From: Trichormus sp. ATA11-4-KO1
GTDB lineage: Bacteria; Cyanobacteriota; Cyanobacteriia; Cyanobacteriales; Nostocaceae
DNA length: 64,000 nucleotides
Direction: 5' to 3'
Assembly: GCA_019358915.1 (NCBI GenBank)
Contig: JAHHIM010000007.1
Span: 48,303 to 112,302, forward strand
Shown: positions 11,213-21,605 of the stretch, one piece after another
Numbering within the stretch: position 1 is the stretch's first letter
Layout: every line of letters starts with the position of its first letter
Position numbers and translations under genes: made by a program
The notes under the pieces: generated by a model
Database searches by the model: none
What the model was told of the DNA's origin: nothing
The model's input: the letters and a program-made list of their open reading frames with translations, nothing else

Positions 11213-11947
11213 TCAATCTGCGAAAACTTGGATTTCATCTAGTTGATTAATCACCACATCTGCGCCTTGGACATGATCTGATTTACCGACCCAAGTGATC
11301 CCAATACAACCTGCGGCTTTGGCATTACGAGCCATTTGCATATCACCGACAGAATCCCCCACCATCAAAGTAGCGCTTGGTTGTACTTTCAGCGCTTGGC
11401 AAGCTTGCAAAAACAATACTGGATCTGGTTTACTTGGGCCATCATCTACTCCCTGTTGCACCTGGATATAATCACTTAACTCGTGTCGTGCTACAAATTC
11501 AGTAACTTCGGCTGATGTGGCGGCTGAAATGATACCGAGTTTCACTCCTGCATTCGACAGAGACTTTAATACCTCCAAGCTACCTGGAAATATTGGTGCA
11601 GGAGTTGTGCCAAGATATTTTTCAGCTTCGTCTAAAGATTGACGAGCTATTTTTAACGACTCAAACCATCCTTTCCCGGTTTCAGCAATATATGCAGCTG
11701 CGGCAATTTCTGTTTCACGGCGACTCGCTACAGCTATTAAACCGGCTGGATCTAGGGTATTGCCATTGATGCCAAAGGCCATTAATAAGGGTTCCCCAAT
11801 TCCGGGAATTTGAGCGTCTATCATTCGCGCTCCTCTTTGTCCAAGCGATCGCAAATACGCTTCGGAGTCTTCTAAAGTACCATTTTTGTCAAAAAAAATT
11901 GCCTGGATGTGAGAAAAAGTGATGTTTTTACATTTAATAGTTACCAA
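11213..11947 (-). CDS. HAD-family hydrolase
   Basis: FDKNGTL motif I (DxN variant), SKPDP and MVGDSVGD motifs. Confidence 0.88.
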   Translation of the reverse strand: MVTIKCKNITFSHIQAIFFDKNGTLEDSEAYLRSLGQRGARMIDAQIPGIGEPLLMAFGINGNTLDPAGLIAVASRRETEIAAAAYIAETGKGWFESLKIARQSLDEAEKYLGTTPAPIFPGSLEVLKSLSNAGVKLGIISAATSAEVTEFVARHELSDYIQVQQGVDDGPSKPDPVLFLQACQALKVQPSATLMVGDSVGDMQMARNAKAAGCIGITWVGKSDHVQGADVVINQLDEIQVFAD

Positions 11948-11978
11948 AAGACGTCACCTCATTTAACAAATTGGCCAT

Positions 11979-12003
11979 AAAAAAAGAGGGGTTGTCCCTC
12001 TTT
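11979..12003 (-). terminator. Intrinsic terminator downstream of rpsA
   Basis: AAAGAGGG-N5-CCCTCTTT stem with a T-tract on the minus strand. Confidence 0.6.
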
Positions 12004-12053
12004 AATAAATACTTTAATACTCTTAGTTACAGACAAGTAAAACTACAGATGTA

Positions 12054-13205
12054 TTACTCTTCAATAGTGGCTGGAATTTCTTCTTCCATAGCAGTTACAG
12101 CAGATACTTGTTCTTGAGTTTCTGTTGCTGCTGGAATTTCTTCTTCCGTTGCAGGTGGGATTTCTTCAGCCATAGCAGTTACAGCAGATACTTGTTCTTG
12201 AGTTTCCGTTGCTGCTGGAATTTCCTCTTGTGTTGCCGATGGAGTTTCTTCTTCTGTTGCAGGTGGGATTTCTTCTTCTGTTGCAGGTGCAGCAGTAATA
12301 CCTTGCTGTTTGGCTAGCATTTGTTCGCGATACCTAGCTGCCATTTCTTCGGCTTTATCGTAGACCAAATCACGGTTCTTGATCATGTCACCGGGTTCGG
12401 GTTCTAGCTGCTTAGTAGACAAAGAAATCCGACCTCGTTCTGCATCCAAGTCAATAATCATGACTTTAACTTCATCATTGACATTGAACACACTATGAGG
12501 CGTATCAATATGCTCGTGAGAAATCTCAGAAATGTGCAGCAGTCCACTGACACCACCAATATCGATAAATGCACCGTAAGGCTTGATCCCACGCACTGTA
12601 CCAATTACTACTTCGCCTACTTCCAAGCGATTCATCTTCCGCTCAACCAGCGCTCGACGGTGGGATAGAACTAGGCGGTTGCGTTCTTCGTCTACTTCTA
12701 GGAATTTTAAGGGTAGTTCTTCGCCTACCAATTCTTCCTTGGGTTTGCGGGTGCTGATGTGAGAACCGGGGATAAAGCCGCGTAATCCTTCAATACGTAC
12801 CAATGCACCACCACGGTTAGTAGCAAACACACCAGAACGAACAGTAGCATCTTCTGCTTGTAACTGCCGCACACGCTCCCAAGCGCGCATGTATTCAATG
12901 CGACGAATAGAAAGAGTTAGCTGACCATCTTCGTTTTCATCAGTGAGAATGAAAAACTCTCTGGTTTCGTTTGATTGTAAAACTTCTTCCGGGGCATCGA
13001 CCCGGTTTATAGACATTTCTTGTATAGGTATGTAGGCTGCTGTTTTAGCACCTATGTCAATCAGAGCGCCGCGCGGCTCTATACTGAAAACTGTTCCTGG
13101 TACAATATCGCCAGGGCTGAAGTGATAATCGTACTTGTCAAGTAGAGCAGCGAAATCTTCGTGAGTAAATCCAATTTCTGTAGCGGTTAAGTTCTGATTG
13201 ACCAT
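12054..13205 (-). CDS. rpsA: 30S ribosomal protein S1 with repetitive acidic C-tail
   Basis: Three S1 domains (FAALLDKYDYHF...GFIPGSHIS...YGAFIDIGGVSGLLHISEIS), downstream of psbB-psbT. Confidence 0.96.
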   Translation of the reverse strand: MVNQNLTATEIGFTHEDFAALLDKYDYHFSPGDIVPGTVFSIEPRGALIDIGAKTAAYIPIQEMSINRVDAPEEVLQSNETREFFILTDENEDGQLTLSIRRIEYMRAWERVRQLQAEDATVRSGVFATNRGGALVRIEGLRGFIPGSHISTRKPKEELVGEELPLKFLEVDEERNRLVLSHRRALVERKMNRLEVGEVVIGTVRGIKPYGAFIDIGGVSGLLHISEISHEHIDTPHSVFNVNDEVKVMIIDLDAERGRISLSTKQLEPEPGDMIKNRDLVYDKAEEMAARYREQMLAKQQGITAAPATEEEIPPATEEETPSATQEEIPAATETQEQVSAVTAMAEEIPPATEEEIPAATETQEQVSAVTAMEEEIPATIEE

Positions 13206-13535
13206 GCTGATTTGTTCCTGGTTCTAGTCTCCGTAAAGTTTGTGGCATAGGCGTGATGTATATGCAAGGCACTAGGCGGCAGGTACACCTACATCTTTTT
13301 TCATCCTAGCGCAGAAAAGCTAGCACTAACACATATTAACTTCCAGATAGAAAATTATATCATGATTATTCTCTGAATTCTCATTATCCAGAACTAAATT
13401 AGGGGGTCTCACCCCTCATACAAGTATTGATAAAAACTGTATTTGACTGATAAACATAGTTATCCGCCGTTACCACTATTAGTAACAGCGGATAAAAAGT
13501 TTGTATGCTCTTAAAAATCTGATCAGAGCAGCCTA

Positions 13536-13640
13536 TTAATCATCTTTCTTTTGGATGCGGGGGGGTTCGCGGAATGCGATCGCAAAGAAAAGAACTCCTA
13601 TTGCCAGGGTCAAAATTAAGATGTACGCAACGCTTTCCAT
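13536..13640 (-). CDS. psbT: Photosystem II reaction centre protein T (not in ORF track)
   Basis: Manual translation [34 protein letters not shown] (34 aa), directly after psbB. Confidence 0.96.
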   Translation of the reverse strand: MESVAYILILTLAIGVLFFAIAFREPPRIQKKDD

Positions 13641-13689
13641 ATTAAAAGCTCCTGCTTATCCAGCCAGTAATGATAGTTGATCAATTTCA

Positions 13690-13753
13690 GGGATTGGGTA
13701 TTGAGGATTGGGGATTAAGAAGACTTTTTCCCAATCCCTAATCCCTAATTCCC
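13690..13753. repeat. Inverted pair of STRR-type heptamer tracts between psbB and psbT
   Basis: GGGATTG/GGTATTG/GGATTGG units followed by CCCAATC/CCTAATC units. Confidence 0.7.
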
Positions 13754-13758
13754 AAAAA

Positions 13759-15288
13759 TTAGAGGGCTTCCTTCCGGCGGGTTGTTTTATCACCCACTTT
13801 CTGGAACAGACCCCACTCAACTTGCTCTTCGAGATCCGCATCAACACCAGCAAATACGTCTCGGTAGATTGTCCGAGAACCATGCCAGAGATGACCAAAG
13901 AAGAATAACAGAGCAAATACAGCGTGTCCGAAAGTAAACCAACCTCTGGGGCTAGTGCGGAACACACCATCAGAGTTCAAGGTTTCCCGGTCAAATTCAA
14001 ATATTTCACCGCCTTGAGCTTTACGGGCATACTTCTTCACATCGGCTGGATCTGTAAAGGTCTTGCCATCTAGATCACCACCATAGAAGCTGACAGTGAC
14101 ACCCGTTTGTTCAAAGCTATACTTGGATTCTGCCCGACGGAAGGGAATATCAGCTCGGATAATCCCATCAGCATCGGTCAAGATTACCGGGAAGGTTTCA
14201 AAGAAGTTGGGGAGACGACGCACGGTTAGTTCCCGCCCATTAGCATCTTTAAATACCGCGTGGCCTTGCCAAGATTGGGCAATACCATCACCTTTGACCA
14301 TTGGGCCTGTACGGAATAGACCGCCTTTAGCAGGACTATTACCGACATAATCATAGAAAGCTAGTTTCTCAGGAATCTGTGACCAAGCTTCTGAAAGGGT
14401 TGCACCCTCCGCCAGGCTAGTTTGTACGCGACGTTCGATTTCCTGAGTGAAGTAACCTTGATCCCACTGATAACGGGTAGGGCCAAATAGTTCAATCGGA
14501 GTGGTAGCGTTACCGTACCACATCGTACCCGCAACAACGAAGGCTGCGAAGAATACCGCAGCAATACTGCTAGAAAGTACGGTTTCTATGTTCCCCATCC
14601 GTAGGGCTTTGTATAGCCGTTCGGGAGGTCTGACTGTGAGGTGGAATAAACCAGCAATAATGCCAACAACGCCTGCTGCGATGTGGTGAGCAACAACGCC
14701 ACCAGGGTTAAATGGGTTAAACCCGGCCGGCCCCCATTCTGGTGCTACTGGTTGGATGCTACCAGTAATACCGTAGGCATCAGAAACCCACATTCCCGGG
14801 CCAAATAGTCCGGTGAGATGGAAAGCACCAAAGCCAAAACAAAGTAGACCAGATAAGAACAGGTGAATGCCAAACATTTTTGGCAAGTCTAGAGCAGGTT
14901 CACCAGTACGGGGATCTCTAAAGAGTTCCAAATCCCAGTAAACCCAGTGCCAGACTGCGGCTAGGAATAACAAACCGGAAAGGACGATATGAGCGGCGGC
15001 AACGCCTTCAAATGACCAGAAACCAGGATCGGTGGCTGGCCCGCCAGTCACGTTCCAGCCACCCCAAGATTGGGTGACGCCTAAACGTGACATGAAGGGC
15101 AGGACGAACATTCCTTGACGCCACATCGGGTTGAGAACCGGATCACTGGGGTCATAGATAGCTAGTTCGTATAATGCCATTGAACCAGCCCAGCCTGCCA
15201 CCAAGGCTGTGTGCATCAAGTGTACAGAAATCAATCGTCCTGGATCGTTCAGAACAACTGTATGTACTCGGTACCAAGGTAGTCCCAT
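13759..15288 (-). CDS. psbB: Photosystem II CP47 chlorophyll apoprotein
   Basis: [30 protein letters not shown]...; 509 aa. Confidence 0.99.
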   Translation of the reverse strand: MGLPWYRVHTVVLNDPGRLISVHLMHTALVAGWAGSMALYELAIYDPSDPVLNPMWRQGMFVLPFMSRLGVTQSWGGWNVTGGPATDPGFWSFEGVAAAHIVLSGLLFLAAVWHWVYWDLELFRDPRTGEPALDLPKMFGIHLFLSGLLCFGFGAFHLTGLFGPGMWVSDAYGITGSIQPVAPEWGPAGFNPFNPGGVVAHHIAAGVVGIIAGLFHLTVRPPERLYKALRMGNIETVLSSSIAAVFFAAFVVAGTMWYGNATTPIELFGPTRYQWDQGYFTQEIERRVQTSLAEGATLSEAWSQIPEKLAFYDYVGNSPAKGGLFRTGPMVKGDGIAQSWQGHAVFKDANGRELTVRRLPNFFETFPVILTDADGIIRADIPFRRAESKYSFEQTGVTVSFYGGDLDGKTFTDPADVKKYARKAQGGEIFEFDRETLNSDGVFRTSPRGWFTFGHAVFALLFFFGHLWHGSRTIYRDVFAGVDADLEEQVEWGLFQKVGDKTTRRKEAL

Positions 15289-15666
15289 CGACTACGCTCC
15301 TCCTCGATGAGTTATGTTTACAAAGCAATTTTCTTACCGAGGTTCTGAGGGGCGGAAGTTGCCATTCAGTGAACTCTCTGAGTTTTTGTTATTGCCAGGA
15401 TATTGAGTTTAACCACAACTGAGTCTTGATGAATCAGACCGTGTGGCTAGTTTGGCAATACCATGAGACTCTGGGTAGCTTTACCCCATAGAGTAGCGAT
15501 CGCTTGTAAACTGCCGAGTTATTTTCTCCAAGAAAACACCCCTCTGGTTTTTCAAAAACCAGACAAACGCCTATAAGACGTTTGGGCATTTGGACATACT
15601 ACGCTTTAGGAAGCTACCTTTTGAGCGTCTAGGCAATTGCCAAGCAAAAATGAGAATGTTTTAAAA

Positions 15667-15695
15667 AGTGTAACTATTGATGGACTTGTTTGCAA
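15667..15695 (-). promoter_or_regulatory. Candidate sigma70-type psbB promoter
   Basis: Minus strand TTGCAA-N17-TACACT, about 380 nt upstream of the psbB ATG. Confidence 0.45.
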
Positions 15696-15927
15696 GCGTG
15701 TAAATAGATGCGATCGCGTAGCGTTACAGTATCATCTAGCTACAAATCGCCGTCACAATTTAATTTACGTACGTCTAGCTTACCTAAAAAAGGCAGGAGG
15801 CAGGGAAAGCAGGGGGGCACAGGTGCAGGGGGAGATTAATAACAGAACTTGAAGCATCTAGGTTGATACTCAGCACTTAGGAAGGAAGCACTTTGCTATA
15901 TAGTCGACTCTGGAAAATTTAATTATT

Positions 15928-15977
15928 TAAATTAATAAATCTGCACTGTATGAGAATAGTGCAGATTTATTAATTTA
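15928..15977. terminator. 20-bp perfect inverted repeat (probable terminator or RNA hairpin)
   Basis: TAAATTAATAAATCTGCACT-N10-AGTGCAGATTTATTAATTTA, downstream of the 16150-16503 gene. Confidence 0.5.
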
Positions 15978-16149
15978 GGTAATTACCAATTAATATATTG
16001 GCTGTTACATATTGGTGGGATGAAGGCGTTTATTTTCAGGAATGGGCATCTGGCTGCTTGATTTCTGAGAACTGCCGTGCGAAATTCAGTGAATATTTAG
16101 AAATATTTAGAATTGAACTTGCTTAGAGACCTTTTTTCCTGCTTGTGCA

Positions 16150-16503
16150 TTAATTATTCTGTAAATCACGGGCAGTTTCTTTAGCACCTTCTACATACCC
16201 TGATCCAAATTCTTTAAAGGCTTCTGCTGATTCTTCCCCAATCTTCTGAAGTCGCTTAACAGGAGAACCTTCCGTTTCACGGGCTTCTTCATGCCACTCC
16301 CCTGTGGTTTTTGGTCTTTGGGAATCGTCTTGATGTATTTGTGCGTCCACTTTTTCTCTTAAGGCTTTGTTATTATACTCAGGGGCGACATTCGTTGTCA
16401 GCACGAGGAAGCCAACTAAGACAATGGATAGAAAACGTTTTAGCTGAATTCCTTTCATGAGGAAAGTAATATGAGTAATTGCCCTGGAAATCAAATTTAT
16501 CAT
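16150..16503 (-). CDS. Hypothetical exported protein
   Basis: Hydrophobic N-terminal segment then charged helical region (RPKTTGEW..EAR); start uncertain. Confidence 0.65.
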   Translation of the reverse strand: MINLISRAITHITFLMKGIQLKRFLSIVLVGFLVLTTNVAPEYNNKALREKVDAQIHQDDSQRPKTTGEWHEEARETEGSPVKRLQKIGEESAEAFKEFGSGYVEGAKETARDLQNN

Positions 16504-17221
16504 GTCAATTCTCCGTAGCTACATGTTTGTGCATATTTTTCAGTATTTTGTGAGAGAGATATTTTGCTCAACGAAATTCAGATTCTGCTATAAATAATTA
16601 TCTTTTTTGATCATTTGAATTTGTAATCACCTAATAAATATAATGGTTTAGTTAGTGAGGAAATCCAGCAAAATCTTCACTTAACTTTCAAGACAATTCA
16701 CTTTTTTGATTGCAAATAAATCTTAACCAAAAAAGAATAATTAACCTTCTGACAAAAGATATATATTGGTTATAAAATTTATCTGCCGCAAGTCAACTTA
16801 AGACTTTTGGTATTTACTCAAACTTCAGTCCAATAAGCATCTCAGGTACTACAACCCAATTTTTTCCTAGTTTGGAGTCAGGAGGATGATCATTCTTCTT
16901 CCCTCTGACTTCGTTAACGATTTCTGAAGCAAGCCTCTCAGGAACAGCTTCGCTGAATGGGTATAACTACGGCAGACACTTTGCTAGCTTCTCCTTGTAA
17001 CTTCTCTGTACATTGCTGCATGTCTACGCAAATCAAGCTACTATCACAAATAAGCTTGTTGGCATTATTCTCAATAAATCCCAATAATTTGCGACTAAAT
17101 GCCATAAAAAGCCCTAGTTCAAGCACCATTAAGTAATGTTAGGTATATTGCGAAGAGTTAAGTATTAAAGCCACATATCATAATATGATGACTGATCGCT
17201 AATTTGAAAAATTTAAATGCT

Positions 17222-18859
17222 ATGACCTGGTTTTCTTTGACTGCAAGACGATGGCATGGGATTACACAATTCCTATCTTTGTTTTGTCTTTGTCTAATCT
17301 TGGTTGTGAGTTGCGCTCCTCGCCCACAAACAACAACTTTATCATCTGGTGCAGGTGATGGTCGGATTACTGTAGGTACAACCCTAAAACCAAGAACCCT
17401 CGATCCGGCAGATGCTTATGAGTTAGCATCCTCAAGTTTGGTGTTTAATATGAGCGATCGCCTCTACACCTACGAACCAGGTAGCACAGAAATTAAGCCC
17501 CAACTAGCCACAGCATTACCCAAAGTCAGTCAAGATGGTTTAACTTACACTATCCCTTTACGTCAGGGAGTAGTATTTCACGATGGAACTCCTTTTAACG
17601 CCAAAGCGATGGAGTTTAGCATCCAGCGCTTTATAGAAAATAAGGGGAAACCATCCTTTTTGCTCTCAGATACCGTGGATGCAGTGAAAGCCACAGGTGA
17701 AAATGAGTTAACTATCACTTTAAAAAGACCCTTTGCGGCGTTTCCCTCACTGCTGGCATTTTCTGGGGTGTGCGCGGTTTCACCCAAGGCTTACGAAATT
17801 GGTGCTGGGAAATTTCAACCAAATACCTTTGTCGGTACTGGCCCTTACAAGTTAGCGCAGTATGGTACAGATTCACTGCGATTGGATGTATTTGATCAGT
17901 ATTGGGGAGAAAAACCAGCTAATCAGGGAATTAACGTTCAAATCCAGACTAGTCCAGTCAATTTGTTTAATGCCTTCCGTACAGGCGCAGTGGATGTAGC
18001 TTACCTGTCCTTACAACCCGATCAAATTCGTAGTTTAGAAGCAGGTGCTAAAAAAGGAGATTGGCAGACGATTACCGCTCAGGGTAGCGTAGTCAGTTAT
18101 ATGGTGTTGAACCGCAATCAAAAGCCTTTAGATCAACCAGAAGTGCGAGCTGCGATCGCGTCCATGATTGACCGTCCACTAGTTAATGAACGAGTTTTAC
18201 TTGGTCAAGCCGACCCGCTATATAGCATGATTCCCACTACATTTAAAGTTTCCCAACCATTATTTAAGAATCAATACGGTGATGCTAACTTTGAGCGGGC
18301 TAAACAATTATTAACTACGGCTGGTTTCTCCAAGGAAAATCCCGCCAAAGTGCAAATTTGGTATCCTGCTAGTTCAGGTACTCGTAGCTTGGCAGCGCAA
18401 ACACTGAAATCTTTGGCTGACCAACAAATGGATGGACTACTGCAACTGGAAATCAGTACTGTAGAAAGTGCTACCTTCTTTAAAGATATCTCCAGGGGTT
18501 TATATCCAGCAGCTTTGGTTGATTGGTATCCAGATTTTTTAGATCCAGATAATTATGTACAACCATTTTTGTCTTGTCAGAAAGGGTCAAATACTCAAGG
18601 ATGTGAAGATGGGGGCAGTCGAACTCAGGGTTCTTTTTACTACAATGAAGCCATCAATAAATTAATTGCTCAACAACGCCAAGAGCAAAACCCCGAAGCG
18701 CGTCAGCAAATATTTACAGAAATCCAAACACAAGTAGTTACTGATGTACCTTATATTCCTTTATGGCAAAGCAAAGACTATGTTTTTGCTCAAAAAGGTG
18801 TGAATAATGTGCAACTCGACCCCACCCAGAATTTGATTTATTCGACTATTCAAAAATAG
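17222..18859 (+). CDS. Peptide/nickel-class ABC transporter substrate-binding lipoprotein (family 5)
   Basis: Lipobox LVVSC, TLDPA, LRQGVVFHDGTPFNA and GTGPYKL; start set at ATG 17222. Confidence 0.9.
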   Translation: MTWFSLTARRWHGITQFLSLFCLCLILVVSCAPRPQTTTLSSGAGDGRITVGTTLKPRTLDPADAYELASSSLVFNMSDRLYTYEPGSTEIKPQLATALPKVSQDGLTYTIPLRQGVVFHDGTPFNAKAMEFSIQRFIENKGKPSFLLSDTVDAVKATGENELTITLKRPFAAFPSLLAFSGVCAVSPKAYEIGAGKFQPNTFVGTGPYKLAQYGTDSLRLDVFDQYWGEKPANQGINVQIQTSPVNLFNAFRTGAVDVAYLSLQPDQIRSLEAGAKKGDWQTITAQGSVVSYMVLNRNQKPLDQPEVRAAIASMIDRPLVNERVLLGQADPLYSMIPTTFKVSQPLFKNQYGDANFERAKQLLTTAGFSKENPAKVQIWYPASSGTRSLAAQTLKSLADQQMDGLLQLEISTVESATFFKDISRGLYPAALVDWYPDFLDPDNYVQPFLSCQKGSNTQGCEDGGSRTQGSFYYNEAINKLIAQQRQEQNPEARQQIFTEIQTQVVTDVPYIPLWQSKDYVFAQKGVNNVQLDPTQNLIYSTIQK

Positions 18860-18866
18860 TTATGGC

Positions 18867-18896
18867 TTGTAATAAGGGCTTCAGCCCTTATTACAA
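18867..18896. repeat. Intercistronic perfect hairpin
   Basis: TTGTAATAAGGGC-TTCA-GCCCTTATTACAA directly after the binding-protein stop. Confidence 0.7.
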
Positions 18897-18949
18897 ACTT
18901 TCATTAACATAAACTCTAATTTTTTTAATTACGAATCACGCTCTCAAAT

Positions 18950-19975
18950 ATGTCTCGTTCTAAAGCTTTACAATATTACATTGTTTCCCGCTTGCTACTA
19001 GCGCCGCTTCAGTTATTAACTATCATCACCATTGTATTTTTATTACTACGAGCAACACCAGGAGATCCAGCAGATGCAATTCTCGGTGGACGTGCGCCAG
19101 AAGCAGCCAAAGAGGAATTACGCCAACAATTGGGTTTAAATCTTCCCCTATGGCTACAGTATTTGAATTACATGGGAAACTTACTGCGCTTTGATTTGGG
19201 AACCTCTTTAACCAGTCGAGGACAGCATGTTTGGGACATAATTGGGCAATATTTCCCAGCAACAGTGGAGCTAGCAGTATTTAGTATGGCGGTTGCACTT
19301 ATTGTGGGGATTGTGGCTGGTACGCTTTCGGCTTCTCGTCCGGGGACATATTTTGATCTTGGCGGGCGGTTGTTTGGTATCATTACTTACGCACTTCCGA
19401 TGTTTTGGGCAGGGATGCTTTTACAGTTGATTTTCTCAGTACAACTGGGTTGGTTTCCCAATTCCAACCGCTTTCCACCTAATCTTCCCGCACCCTCTCC
19501 CGTGACTGGACTGTATACAATTGATAGCCTGCTTAGTGGTAACTTTATTCAGTTTTTTACATCCTTACATCATCTCGCTCTTCCTAGCCTCACCCTAGGA
19601 ATTTTGCTTAGTGGTATTTTTGAGCGCATTGTCCGCGTCAATTTAAAGCAAACTCTCAAAGCTGATTACGTAGAAGCAGCTAGAGCCAGAGGTATTGCCG
19701 AAAACAAGATTTTAGTCTCCCATGCTTTGAAAAATGCCCTAATTCCAGTAATTACAGTCTTAGGTTTAACTTTTGCTTCTTTGTTAGGTGGGGCAATTTT
19801 AACTGAGGTGACATTTTCTTGGCCTGGGTTAGCAAATCGACTTTATCAAGCAATTTCCGATCGCGATTATCCCACTGTTCAGGGAGTACTCGTATTTTTT
19901 GGCGCGATCGTTGTCGGGGCCAGCATTTTGATTGATATTCTCAATGCTTATGTTGATCCACGTATTCGCTATTAA
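18950..19975 (+). CDS. ABC transporter permease (DppB/OppB-like)
   Basis: PGDPA, DLGTS, PATVEL, EAARARG loop and DPRIRY C-terminus. Confidence 0.92.
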   Translation: MSRSKALQYYIVSRLLLAPLQLLTIITIVFLLLRATPGDPADAILGGRAPEAAKEELRQQLGLNLPLWLQYLNYMGNLLRFDLGTSLTSRGQHVWDIIGQYFPATVELAVFSMAVALIVGIVAGTLSASRPGTYFDLGGRLFGIITYALPMFWAGMLLQLIFSVQLGWFPNSNRFPPNLPAPSPVTGLYTIDSLLSGNFIQFFTSLHHLALPSLTLGILLSGIFERIVRVNLKQTLKADYVEAARARGIAENKILVSHALKNALIPVITVLGLTFASLLGGAILTEVTFSWPGLANRLYQAISDRDYPTVQGVLVFFGAIVVGASILIDILNAYVDPRIRY

Positions 19976-20013
19976 TTGGAACCATAGATGTACACAGCGA
20001 AAAGTTTGAGCGA

Positions 20014-20724
20014 ATGATGAAGCAGTTTATTAGACAATTTAGAACAATCGTATTAAATTCACTCGTTTCGGAAATTTCTCGAAAAGTGAAGTCCAGTAAG
20101 CTAACGTATTTGTCATATCAAAAACTAATCAATTTAGAGAATTGTATTAAAGATATTTCCAGGAAAAATGTACCTGGTAATTTTATTGAAGCTGGTGTGG
20201 CTTTGGGTGGATCAGCAATTGTTATCAGTACCCTAATGCCAAAAGATAGAACTTTTCACGGTTATGATGTATTTGAAATGATCCCGCCTCCCTCGACTCA
20301 AGATAATGAAAAAGCCCAGAAAAGATATGAAGTAATTAAAAGTGGTCAATCAAAAGGTATTGGCGATGATGTTTATTATGGATATTTGGAAAATTTGTAC
20401 GAGATAGTAAATAAAAATTTAAATAATTTTGGTGTTAATGTAGATGGCAACCGTATATGTTTGCATAAAGGTTTATTTCAAGACACAATGAATTTTACTC
20501 CCGAAGATAAGGTGGCAATGATACATATAGATTGTGATTGGTATGAACCTGTATATTTTTGTTTAAATAAAATTTATCCTGTCTTGAGTACAGGAGGTTA
20601 CATAATCCTTGATGATTACTATGATTATGGGGGATGTAAGAAAGCAACTGAAGAATTCTTAGCTAATTACCGTGACCTCACTGTAGTAAAAGATAATAGC
20701 AATTTAGTATTGCAGCGTAAATAA
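20014..20724 (+). CDS. TylF/MycF-family O-methyltransferase
   Basis: VPGNFIEAGVALGGS, YDVFE, KGLFQDT, HIDCDWY and GGYIILDDY motifs. Confidence 0.8.
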   Translation: MMKQFIRQFRTIVLNSLVSEISRKVKSSKLTYLSYQKLINLENCIKDISRKNVPGNFIEAGVALGGSAIVISTLMPKDRTFHGYDVFEMIPPPSTQDNEKAQKRYEVIKSGQSKGIGDDVYYGYLENLYEIVNKNLNNFGVNVDGNRICLHKGLFQDTMNFTPEDKVAMIHIDCDWYEPVYFCLNKIYPVLSTGGYIILDDYYDYGGCKKATEEFLANYRDLTVVKDNSNLVLQRK

Positions 20725-20816
20725 ACTGTAGTTTCTAAAGTTACATACAATGGAGATTACCACTCTGGAAAAAAAATTTTAATTTACTGAAATATTACTA
20801 ACAAAACTTTTTCTGC

Positions 20817-21605
20817 ATGTGCCGTTTACTTGCCTATATGGGTTCGCCTGTTTCTCTAGAACGACTTTTATATAAACCAGAACATTCCTTGATAGTTCAA
20901 AGTTATCAACCCCGCGAAATGACTTCTGGAGTCGTCAATGCAGATGGCTTTGGAGTAGGTTGGTACCATAGCCAAAAAGATACTGAACCTTATACTTATA
21001 AAAATACTTTACCTATTTGGAATGACGTAAATTTGCCCAGTCTTAGCCGTTACGTTGAATCTAAGTGTGTACTGGCTTATGTGCGTAGTGCTACACCAGG
21101 GCAAGCTTTGGATTTTGCTAATTGTCAGCCATTTAACTATCAACAACAGTTATTCATTCATAATGGATTCATTGAGAATTTTCGCAAAACATTACACAGG
21201 AAAATCCGCAGTGTTTTAACTCATGATTTTTACGAAAGAATCAACGGTAGTACTGATTCCGAACACATCTTTGCGCTACTACTTTCTCAGAGCCAAATTA
21301 ATAAACATCGACCTCCAGAATATGCTTTACACAATACATTAGTAACTTTATTAGAGATGGCAAAACGCTATCAAGTACAAGCTTCCGCAAACATAGTCTT
21401 TAGCGACGGAAATCGTCTGATTGCTTCCCGCTTTGCTACCAAATCACCTGCTCCATCGCTGTATTGGCTCAAGGATGATCTAAATTTCCCCAAATCTGTA
21501 ATCATTGCCTCTGAACCGCTATTTACTGGTAATTGGGCTGCTTGTCCAGAAAATAGCATTATCAGTGTGGGAGAAGACTGTGATATCCAAATTAAACCAA
21601 TCTAG
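20817..21605 (+). CDS. egtC: Ergothioneine biosynthesis class II glutamine amidotransferase-like hydrolase EgtC
   Basis: N-terminal MCRLLAY, NADGFGVGWY, VRSATPG, HNG, TDSE and ASEP; adjacent to egtB and egtD. Confidence 0.9.
   Translation: MCRLLAYMGSPVSLERLLYKPEHSLIVQSYQPREMTSGVVNADGFGVGWYHSQKDTEPYTYKNTLPIWNDVNLPSLSRYVESKCVLAYVRSATPGQALDFANCQPFNYQQQLFIHNGFIENFRKTLHRKIRSVLTHDFYERINGSTDSEHIFALLLSQSQINKHRPPEYALHNTLVTLLEMAKRYQVQASANIVFSDGNRLIASRFATKSPAPSLYWLKDDLNFPKSVIIASEPLFTGNWAACPENSIISVGEDCDIQIKPI

Noticed and set aside
13656..15422. Short ORFs overlapping psbB (13656-13970, 14096-14350, 14501-14689 and others)
   Set aside because: Antisense or alternate-frame shadows of a highly conserved gene; the same applies to most 60-120-aa ORFs nested in other CDSs.
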